A stretch of DNA of 64,000 bases from Mobula hypostoma. Lineage: Eukaryota. The DNA is taken from positions 124,186,001 through 124,250,000 of the forward strand of contig NC_086098.1 of the NCBI RefSeq assembly GCF_963921235.1. Direction: 5' to 3'. The notes beneath the pieces are model-generated. The model did not search any database, was not told where the DNA came from, and saw nothing but the letters and a program-made list of their open reading frames with translations. The translations under genes were made by a program, and so were the position numbers. Positions 53,641-64,000 of the stretch are shown in pieces (position 1 is the stretch's first letter; each line of letters begins with the position of its first letter).

Positions 53641-54534
53641 CTGGGGACACAGAACTGGTTACTTGGAAGGTTTTAAACTCCCATATCCATCTTGAGTACA
53701 TTGGTTACTTGTATCGGAGAAAAAAATACTAAATTGTCTGTACTTCACACAGTGTGAACCTACGGCCTTTGTCATCAGTGGTGTTGTGAATTCCCCCAAT
53801 CTTTAAAGAAGCTGGGGTGTTCTTGAGTTGATCAGTTGTCAGCAATAAGTGTACAGGTTACAGAAACTGGAAGTGCACTTTGTTAAGTTCATGCAGAATA
53901 ACTTGGGGATCGTAGTTCAGCTTTGCACTTTGTTTGTCCACCTGCACTGACTGTACCACTGTAATCTGTATTCTCTTTTGCTTGTGTATTACATAGTTTG
54001 CCTGGGTGATGGGTAAACGGTCTATTATTATCACCACACCTACAGAGATACAGTGAAAGGCCATTTTGTGCATCAGAATATAGAGATAGTACGAAGGAAA
54101 AAAGATAGAATATGATAAACCGATATCACCACAATAAACCTCAGTTCACACATGATGATGATTCGGGAACTCTGGCTGCGTGCTTTCCATGTAGGAATTC
54201 CCCAACCCTGGTGTGTAAAATCACGAGGGGCATTTTCACCCTATCAATGCCCGTCCTGATTTTATACACCTACAAGGTGCTCCCCTCAGTCTCCAACACT
54301 CCAGGGGAAAGAAATCCCTGTCTATCCGTATAACTCAAAAGGACATTGAGTCTGTGACAATAGGGAGAAGTGAGCATCTCCCTTCATTACCTGTACTGCA
54401 ACATCCCAGCCCAGTGCAACGCTTGGAGAGATTGAGGCAAGGGGTAGGAGGGAGAGATTACAAGCCAGCACTAGGAAGGTGACATAATTGTATTTCTGGT
54501 TTCAAAGTCAAAAGCAGATCAAAGCCCGGTTTAC

Positions 54535-54829
54535 CTGCATTACCTGTAATTCCTCGCAAAATGCTGGCCAGGCTGGGCAGGGCTCTCCGCCTCCTCTCCT
54601 TCTCCTTGTGCAGCTTCAGCATGGACATGTACTTGTTCCGGAGGTGTGTTGGCACCACCACCCTCTCCAGGTCCCTCTTCTCCATCTGTGGCACTTCACT
54701 TAGGCCTAGCTTACGAAGCATAGCGTTCTTAATGCTGTCGTGGGAGACTCCACTCACTGGGGCTGTCTGCAGCACCAACAGAACAAAGACAGGCAGCATA
54801 GTGGTCAGGCTGTTGTTGATTCTGGTCAT
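54535..54829 (-). CDS. LEFTY: LEFTY exon 1 (signal peptide, prodomain, RRRR furin site); alternative ATG at 54799
   Basis: 295 nt; hydrophobic LPVFVLLVLQ signal; RRRRALPSLASILRGI. Total CDS 295+244+237+322=1098 nt (365 aa). Confidence 0.95.
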
Positions 54830-54973
54830 CTCCTTGAAGCAGCCCCCTGGTGGTTGAGGAGTTTTGCCTCTTGTTGCTGGTAAAATCACTTTTTTCCTTT
54901 ATTTCTGTTTCCTTTCAATCTTCTGTGCTCTTTCTCTCCTCTGTGCTCTCTCTGTATATGATTGCTGTTGATC

Positions 54974-55130
54974 TTTTATAGCAGCAGCTGCCATCCAGAC
55001 TAAGCAGATTATATACAGACTGCAGACATCAAACACTGCTGGCTCAGTCACACCATTCAGTTTGATTGACACCTTCCAGGTTATGTGCAAATTGCAAACT
55101 AACCAGGGGGATGGGCTAATTTGCAAAAAA
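54974..55130 (-). promoter_or_regulatory. LEFTY proximal promoter: TATA box with adjacent SMAD-binding elements
   Basis: TATAAAA on minus at 54980-54974; CAGAC at 54996-55000, 55016-55020, 55023-55027. Confidence 0.7.
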
Positions 55131-58100
55131 TATAACGAATATTTCCAGCGTCCAAACTAGTCTTTGTGCAGTTTATTATAACTACAAATTATGTGCACAT
55201 GTTTCCTTTATTCTGGCCATCTCTCATCTTTGCCCTGACTGCTTATTTGCTTTAAGACTGGTGACCAATGCTCTTTAAGAGGTATAGTGCTGCAGAACAA
55301 CTCTTACAGGGCACACGTAGCTCTCCCAGATGCTTCGAGTGTTACCAAAATGGGTAAAGTACAAGGCAAAGAAAACTGTGGGCACTCGGAACGAATCAGT
55401 TTTCCCCATTTTGATAATGCAGGATTGTGTAGTGGGTATTTGTGCAGGTTTGTGACTTTCCAACAGAGTGTATTATAGTTCTGTTGTGCTGTGAGGGGGA
55501 CAGCTGAGAGTGTTCTTAGTAATGACTCAGCAGAGAGTTTGCTTTAGTCTAATTCAGTTGTAGGTGCCACAGCATAAAATATGGTGTGAGCTGCATCCTG
55601 TGGACAGCCAAGTGAAAGATTTCAAACTGAAGAATTGCAAACACATCCACCTCAGTATCTGTGAAATGAACACTGACAGGAGTTGGTGTAAAATCAAAGC
55701 TGCTCAGGCTGTTCCTTGGAGTTGCTGACACTTTCAATCCATAAAGTTGTAGCTGTCCATGTGTGACCCACAAGCAGTTAAATCAGGGCATTTGACTTGA
55801 CTATTCAGATTTCTCTTCAAGATGCAACAATGTTGTTGCTAGTCATGTTCCCACTTGGTAGAAAGTGGCAGCAGCCAGCACATCCATCCCACCAGTCTCC
55901 CAAACGGTCGTCCGTATGTACTGGATGTCCGTAATTCAGGCATTTGTAACCTGGCGAGGATCTGTACAGATAAACATAAATGTTGCTGCCCATAACTCCC
56001 TTATCTCCTTGCCCTCAACAGCCCGAGGCTGGAGTAGCCTGACAGGCCTCTCATTATTCTGGTGTTTATAGCAGCAGCACCTCTTTCTGGTGCTTTACAG
56101 CAACAGCTCTTCTCAATGGGAATAGCAGTCACAATTGGCATAGCAAGGCTTTATGACAGCAATCTGCATCAAGACCAAGATCAGTACGTAAGTATCTGAC
56201 ATTGATAGGGCCTTGTTATTGTAACAGGCGTTTGTGGAGCATTAAAACGTTCTCATTGATAAAATAATCGGATATCAACTGTTTTGTGCATTGTAAACCT
56301 ATCATTGAAAGTACATTTCCAGGTTAACTGGCTTTGGTGGTTGACTTATTATTCTTACTGAGATATAGTGAAAATCTTATGGTATGCCATCCAGAAAGAT
56401 CTTTGTGTGCATAAGTACATTGAAGTAGAACCGAAGGAAATACAATAGCGTGGAGACAGTGTTATATCACAGAGTGCAGGGCGGTGACATGGTAAAATGA
56501 AAGATCAAGAATGTGTTCTGTCCAAGGGTCTTATAACAGCAGGATAGAAGCTGTCCATGAGCCTGGTGGAAGGTGTTGTGTTCTCAAATTTTGTATCTTC
56601 TGCCTGACTGGGGGGGAGGGGATTTGGTGGCGGGCGTTTAACAGGGGAGAGAGTGACCATGATGGCAGTTCCTCGATTATGTTGGCTGCTTTTCTGATTC
56701 AGCAGGAAATGTTGGCACAGTCTGTGGAAGTAAGGCTGGTGATTGTATAGACTGGACTAGTATATTTGTATTGTCAGGTTCCTGTGGTCTAAAGCAATGG
56801 AGAATCATTTCTTCTGCAGGGCTGGGGAGAAAGGTAAAGGAGCCAGAATGAGGAATTACAGGTTAGTGTGCGTTGAGTCTAGAACCGCGAGGCAGACCAT
56901 TCGGCCCATCTCTGAGTGTATTCTTACTTCAGCTGAAATCCATGTGTTAGTCACCTCTTCTACCCCTTGTGTTAAACGATTTGAATGCTTCAAATGGTTT
57001 CAGTGTGTGTCTGACCCAGGAAAGAGTGGAATATACAGTTACAAACTCATTCCATTCCTCTGCCGAATGTGGTGCTAATGTTGTCAGACTTAATTCTTCA
57101 TTAAAGTAATTAAGTGCAGAGAAATAGATGACTGGCAGCGAGTTAGGAAGTTGCAAATCAATGTACTGAATGAAAATTACTGATTTAGTATTGCTCAAAT
57201 ATACACTGTTACAAGGGCTAATGACATCTAATGACAGTCAGTTTCAAATCAAGTTTTTAAAACTGTGGGTAATAAAGATCTGCTTAATGCTTTGCCAGTG
57301 GCATACTTGAATATATTCAATTAATGTTCACACTGTACAGAGCCACAGACTGGTTGACTGGGACACCAGCCGTTGTCCATTCCCCCGTTGGCCCGTAGAC
57401 TTCATCAAGGAGAAAATCCATCTTTGTGACGCACATTTCTGTATTACTTTGCATCTTTCATTTAAAATCCTTCCCTGACCTTTCCCTTTCATCTTCATGG
57501 ACTCTCTCTATCCTTTTTCCTTGGAGATATCTGCAGTCTAAGTTTAGTTGCTATGTTATTGATGGGACTGCCTTCATACTGCCAAGGGGCAAAGCTTTCA
57601 AACTCAGTTAAACTGTTAATGCTGATTTCTTTAATCAGAGTTTCTGTCCCTGTAAGGCCTAGTGGTGGCCTTTGTTTGATAATGGCTCTATGAACTACTT
57701 CTGGGTGTTCTGCTCTGTGACAGGTTCTACATTAGTGTACATTGTTAATGACCCAAAGTGATCATACAGTCGGTTCTCTTCAAAATTCCTGAAAAGTTTT
57801 GAGTGACTCAATCATCACAATCTGCATTTCCTTTTTTGGGTGGGGGACGGGGGATTAGAGAATGGGCAGTGAAAAATAACCAGATACTTCCTATGAGGTA
57901 TCCATGGACTTGTGTCTCTGCCAGGCGTCTTAGTACGGAGATGAGAGCACAGGAAAAAAAGTTGAGTTTAAAAAATAATGTAGCCTTGGAAGAGGGAGAC
58001 TGGTTAGGAATTGTTCAGCAGCTTTGGGCTTGTCACTGAGTAGCTCATCACAGTGTTAAGTGACAAACTACATACGAATTGATTAATTTTCCTCGGCACC

Positions 58101-58484
58101 AGAGGAAGATACACACAGTGAAATGCTAATGCACAGCTATTACCTCCCAACAGTAGAGACGCTGGTTCTTTGTGTGGAGTTTGCACTGTCTCCCTGTGCT
58201 TACGTGGGATTCCCCTGGCTGAGATATGAGCAGTATCTGTTTCCCCTGGCAGACATATGCACAGTTCCAGAGACTCTAATTTGATCTGTGGAGTTTACAC
58301 CTTCTACCTGTGCTTACGTGGGATTCCCCTGGCTGAGATAGGTGCAATATTTGTTTTTTCCCCGGCTGGGATACGTATGGTATGCTTCCACCCAGTTGAG
58401 CTACCTGAAGATAAAGTCGTACAAAAAGGGGGTAAATCTGCACATGCTGGAAACCTGACATAGAATATAGAGCAATACATCACC

Positions 58485-61400
58485 CATAGTGTACATCACG
58501 GGAGAAGGTCCATCAGTCCAGGGTGTACATCACTGGAGTAGGTCCATCAGTCCATAGTGTACATCACTGGAGTAGGTCCATCAGTCCATGGTGTACATCA
58601 CTGGAGAAGGTCCATCAGTCCATGGTGTTCATCACGGGAGAAGGTCCATCAGTCCATGGAGTACATCACTGGAGAAGGTCCATCAGTCCATGGTGTACAT
58701 CACGGGAGTAGGTCCATCAGTCCATAGTGTACATCACTGGAGTAGGTCCATCAGTCCATGGTGTACATCACTGGAGAAGGTCCATCAGTCCATGGTGTAC
58801 ATCACGGGAGAAGGTCCATCAGTCCATGGTGTACATCACTGGAGTAGGTCCATCAGTCCATAGTGTACATCACGGGAGTAGGTCCATCAGTCAATGGTGT
58901 ACATCACTGGAGAAGGTCCATCAGTCCATGGTGTACATCACTGGAGTAGGTCCATCAGTCCATGGTGTACATCACTGGAGTAGGTCCATCAGTCCATAGT
59001 GTACATCACGGGAGTAGGTCCATCAGTCAATGGTGTACATCACGGGAGTAGGTCCATCAGTCCATGGTGTACATCACTGGAGTAGGTCCATCAGTCCATG
59101 GTGTACATCACTGGAGAAGGTCCATCAGTCCATGGTGTACATCACTGGAGTAGGTCCATCAGTCCATGGTGTACATCACTGGAGAAGGTCCATCAGTCCA
59201 TGGTGTACATCACTGGAGAAGGTCCATCAGTCCATGGTGTACATCACTGGAGTAGGTCCATCAGTCCATGGTGTACATCACGGGAGTAGGTCCATCAGTC
59301 CATGGTGTACATCACGGGAGTAGGTCCATCAGTCCATGGTGTACATCACTGGAGTAGGTCCATCAGTCCATGGTGTACATCACTGGAGAAGGTCCATCAG
59401 TCCATGGTGTACATCACTGGAGTAGGTCCATCAGTCCATGGTGTACATCACTGGAGAAGGTCCATCAGTCCATGGTGTACATCACTGGAGTAGGTCCATC
59501 AGTCCATGGTGTACATCACTGGAGAAGGTCCATCAGTCCATGGTGTACATCACGGGAGAAGGTCCATCAGTCCATGGTGTACATCACTGGAGTAGGTCCA
59601 TCAGTCCATGGTGTACATCACTGGAGAAGGTCCATCAGTCCATGGTGTACATCACTGGAGTAGGTCCATCAGTCCATGGTGTACATCACTGGAGTAGGTC
59701 CATCAGTCCATGGTGTACAACACTGGAGAAGGTCCATCAGTCCATGGTGTACAACACTGGAGTAGGTCCATCAGTCCATGGTGTACATCACTGGAGTAGG
59801 TCCATCAGTCCATGGTGTACAACACTGGAGTAGGTCCATCAGTCCATGGTGTACAACACTGGAGAAGGTCCATCAGTCCACGGTGTACATCACTGGAGAA
59901 GTTCCATCAGTCCATGGTGTACAACACTGGAGTAGGTCCATCAGTCCATGGTGTATATCACTGGAGTAGGTCCATCAGTCCATAGTGTACATCACGGGAG
60001 TAGGTCCATCAGTCAATGGTGTACATCACTGGAGTAGGTCCATCAGTCCATGGTGTACATCACTGGAGTAGGTCCATCAGTCCATGGTGTACATCACTGG
60101 AGAAGGTCCATCAGTCCATGGTGTACATCACTGGAGTAGGTCCATCAGTCCATGGTGTACATCACTGGAGTAGGTCCATCAGTCCATAGTGTACATCACG
60201 GGAGTAGGTCCATCAGTCAATGGTGTACATCACGGGAGTAGGTCCATCAGTCCATGGTGTACATCACAGGAGAAGGTCCATCAGTCCATGGTGTACATCA
60301 CTGGAGTAGGTCCATCAGTCCATGGTGTACATCACTGGAGTAGGTCCATCAGTCCATGGTGTACATCACTGGAGTAGGTCCATCAGTCCATGGTGTACAA
60401 CACTGGAGTAGGTCCATCAGTCCATGGTGTACATCACTGGAGAAGGTCCATCAGTCCATGGTGTATATCACTGGAGTAGGTCCATCAGTCCATAGTGTAC
60501 ATCACGGGAGTAGGTCCATCAGTCAATGGTGTACATCACTGGAGTAGGTCCATCAGTCCATGGTGTACATCACTGGAGTAGGTCCATCAGTCCATGGTGT
60601 ACATCACTGGAGAAGGTCCATCAGTCCATGGTGTACATCACTGGAGTAGGTCCATCAGTCCATGGTGTACATCACTGGAGTAAGTCCATGGTGCATATCA
60701 CGGGAGTATGTCCATCAGTCCATGGTGTACATCACTGGAGTAGGTCCATCAGTCCATGGTGTACATCACGGCTGTAGGTCGATCAGTTCGTGGTGTACAT
60801 CACGGGAGAAGGTCCATCAGTCCATAGTGTACATCACGGCTGTAGGTCCATCAGTTCATGGTGTACATCACTGGAGTAGGTCCATCAGTCCATGGTGTAC
60901 GTCACTGGAGTAGATCCATCAGTCCATGGTGTACATCACTGGAGAAGGTCCATCAGTCCATGGTGTACATCACGGGAGAAGGTCCATCAGTCCATGGTGT
61001 TCATCACGGGAGAAGGTCCATCAGTCCATGGTGTACATCACAGGAGTAGGTCCATCAGTCCATGGTGTACATCACTGGAGTAGGTCTATCAGTCCATGGT
61101 GTACATCACTGGATAAGGTCCAGCAGTCCAAGATGTACATCACTGGAGTAGGTCCAGTAGTCCATGGTGTACATCACTGGAGTAGGTCCATCAGTCCATG
61201 GTGTACATCACTGGAGAAGGTCCATCAGTCCATGGTGTACATCACTGGAGTAGGTCCATCAGTCCATGGTGTACATCACGGGAGAAGGTCCATCAGTCCA
61301 TGGTGTACATCACGGGAGTAGTTCCATCAGTCCATGGTGTACATCACTGGAGTAGGTCCATCAGTCCATGGTGTACATCACTGGAGTAGGTCCATCAGTC

Positions 61401-64000
61401 CATGGTGTACATCACTGGAGAAGGTCCATCAGTCCATGGTGTACATCACTGGAGAAGGTCCATCAGTCCATGATGTACATCACTGGAGTAGGTCCATCAG
61501 TCCATGGTGTACATCACTGGAGTAGGTCTATCAGTCCATGGTGTACATCACTGGAGTAGGTCCATCAGTCCACGGTGTACATCACTGGAGAAGGTCCATC
61601 AGTCCACGGTGTACATCACTGGAGAAGGTCCATCAGTCCACGGTGTACATCACTGGAGAAGGTCCATCAGTCCATGGTGTACATCACGGGAGAAGGTCCA
61701 TCAGTCCATGGTGTTCATCACAGGAGAAGGTCCATCAGTCCATGGTGTACATCACAGGAGTAGGTCCATCAGTCCATGGTGTACATCACTGGAGTAGGTC
61801 CATCAGTCCATGGTGTACATCACTGGAGAAGGTCCAGCAGTCCAAGATGTACATCACTGGAGTAGGTCCATCAGTCCATGGTGTACATCACTGGAGTAGG
61901 TCCATCAGTCCATGGTGTACATCACTGGAGTAGATCCATCAGTCCATGGTGTACATCACTGGAGAAGGTCCATCAGTCCATGGTGTACATTACGGGAGAA
62001 GGTCCATCAGTCCATGGTGTTCATCACGGGAGAAGGTCCAGCAGTCCAAGATGTACATCACTGGAGTAGGTCCATCAGTCCATGGTGTACATCACTGGAG
62101 AAGGTCCAGCAGTCCAAGATGTACATCACTGGAGTAGGTCCATCAGTCCATGGTGTACATCACTGGAGTAGGTCCATCAGTCCATGGTGTACATCACTGG
62201 AGAAGGTCCATCAGTCCATGGTGTACATCACGGGAGAAGGTCCATCAGTCCATGGTGTACATCACTGGAGAAGGTCCATCAGTCCATGGTGTACATCACG
62301 GGAGAAGGTCCATCAGTCCATGGTGTTCATCACGGGAGAAGGTCCATCAGTCCATGGTGTACATCACAGGAGTAGGTCCATCAGTCCATGGTGTACATCA
62401 CTGGAGTAGGTCCATCAGTCCATGGTGTACATCACTGGAGAAGCTCCAGCAGTCCAAGATGTACATCACTGGAGTAGGTCCATCAGTCCATGGTGTACAT
62501 CACTGGAGTAGGTCCATCAGTCCATGGTGTACATCACTGGAGAAGGTCCATCAGTCCATGGTGTACATCACTGGAGAAGGTCCATCAGTCCATGGTGTAC
62601 ATCACGGGAGAAGGTCCATCAGTCCATGGTGTACATCACGGGAGAAGGTCCATCAGTCCATGGTGTACATCACGGGAGTAGGTCCATCAGTCCGTGGTGT
62701 ACATCACTGGAGTAGGTCCATCAGTCCATGGTGTACATCACTGGAGTAAGTCCATGGTGTATATCACGGGAGTAGGTCCATCAGTCCATGGTGTACATCA
62801 CAGGAGAAGGTCCATCAGTCCATAGTGTACATCACGGCTGTAGGTTCATCAGTTCATGGTGTACATCACTGGAGTAGGTCCATCAGTCTATGGTGTACAT
62901 CACTGGAGAAGGTCCATCAATCCATGGTGTATATCACTGGAGAAGGTCCATCAGTCCATAGTGTACATCACGGCTGTAGGTTCATCAGTTCATGGTGTAC
63001 ATCACTGGAGTAGGTCCATCAGTCTATGGTGTACATCACTGGAGAAGGTCCATCAATCCATGGTGTATATCACTGGAGAAGGTCCATCAATCCATGGTGT
63101 ATATGACTGGAGAAGGTCCATCAGTCCATGGTGTACATCACGGGAGTAGGTCCATCAGTCCATGGTGTACATCACTGGAGTAGGTCCATCAGTCCATGGT
63201 GTACATCACTGGAGTAGGTCCATCAGTCCATAGTGTACATCACTAGAGAAGGTCCATCAGTCCATGGTGTACATCACTGGAGAAGGTCCATCAGTCCATG
63301 GTGTACATTACTTGAGAAGGTCCCCATCAGTCCATGGTGTATATCACAGGAGTAGGTCCATCAGTCCATGGTGTATATCACAGGAGAAGGTCCATCAGTC
63401 CATGGTGTACATCACAGGAGTAGGTCCATCAATCCATAGTGTATATCACGGCTGTAGGTCCATTAGTCCATGGTGTATATCACGGGAGAAGGTCCATCAG
63501 TCCATGGTGTACATCACTGGAGTAGGTCCATCAGTCCATGGTGTACATCACAGGAGCAGGTCCATCAGTCCATGGTGTACATCACTGGAGAAGGTCCAGC
63601 AGTCCCTGGTGTACATCACAGGAGAAGGTCCAGCAGTCCATGGTGTACATCACTGGAGTAGGTCCATCAGTCCATGGTGTACATCACAGGAGCAGGTCCA
63701 TCAGTCCATGGTGTACATCACTGGAGAAGGTCCATCAGTCCATGGTGTACATCACGGGAGAAGGTCCATCAGTCCATGGTGTACATCACGGGAGAAGGTC
63801 CATCAGTCCATGGTGTACATCACTGGAGTAGGTCCATCAGTCCATAGTGTACATCACTAGAGAAGGTCCATCAGTCCATGGTGTACATCACTGGAGAAGG
63901 TCCATCAGTCCATGGTGTACATCACAGGAGTAGGTCCATCAATCCATAGTGTATATCACGGCTGTAGGTCCATTAGTCCATGGTGTATATCACGGGAGAA
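58485..64000 (+). repeat. 34-bp tandem satellite CCATGGTGTACATCACTGGAG(T/A)AGGTCCATCAGT, about 160 units, running off the window end
   Basis: Directly visible head-to-tail array with no unique spacers. Confidence 0.98.

Noticed and set aside
58485-64000. CRISPR array or repeat protein (34-aa periodic ORFs MVYITGEGPSVHGVHHW..)
   Set aside because: No unique spacers and no cas genes in a vertebrate locus; ORFs arise in all three frames because 34 is not a multiple of 3, and are broken by TAG variants.

Overview
Eukaryotic (vertebrate) genomic DNA, not prokaryotic. The repeat landscape (Penelope-like elements, CR1, V-SINE/HE1-like and Deu-type SINEs) suggests a cartilaginous fish, probably a ray (inference). 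The window holds the conserved block ACBD3 (last coding exon, +), H3F3A/histone H3.3 (complete, -), SDE2 (exons 1-6, +; the expected final SAP-domain exon was not found) and LEFTY (complete, 4 exons, 365 aa, -). All exon junctions were read by hand and are phase-consistent. Introns contain retroelement fragments, a CpG-rich compound minisatellite (18.0-20.3 kb) and about ten minimal hammerhead-ribozyme motifs carried by Penelope-derived elements. A 34-bp satellite that appears to derive from a CR1 LINE 3' tail fills the last 5.5 kb. Main leads: (1) SDE2 lacks a detectable SAP exon and LEFTY appears inverted relative to mammals; (2) short hammerhead-bearing Penelope derivatives with target-site duplications, where the only intact core is antisense to its host gene; (3) a GAG 3' splice site in the splicing factor SDE2; (4) a miR-430/302 site abutting a Pumilio element in the LEFTY 3'UTR; (5) the LINE-tail-derived satellite. 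No database search was run; cross-species comparisons are from memory and need alignment.
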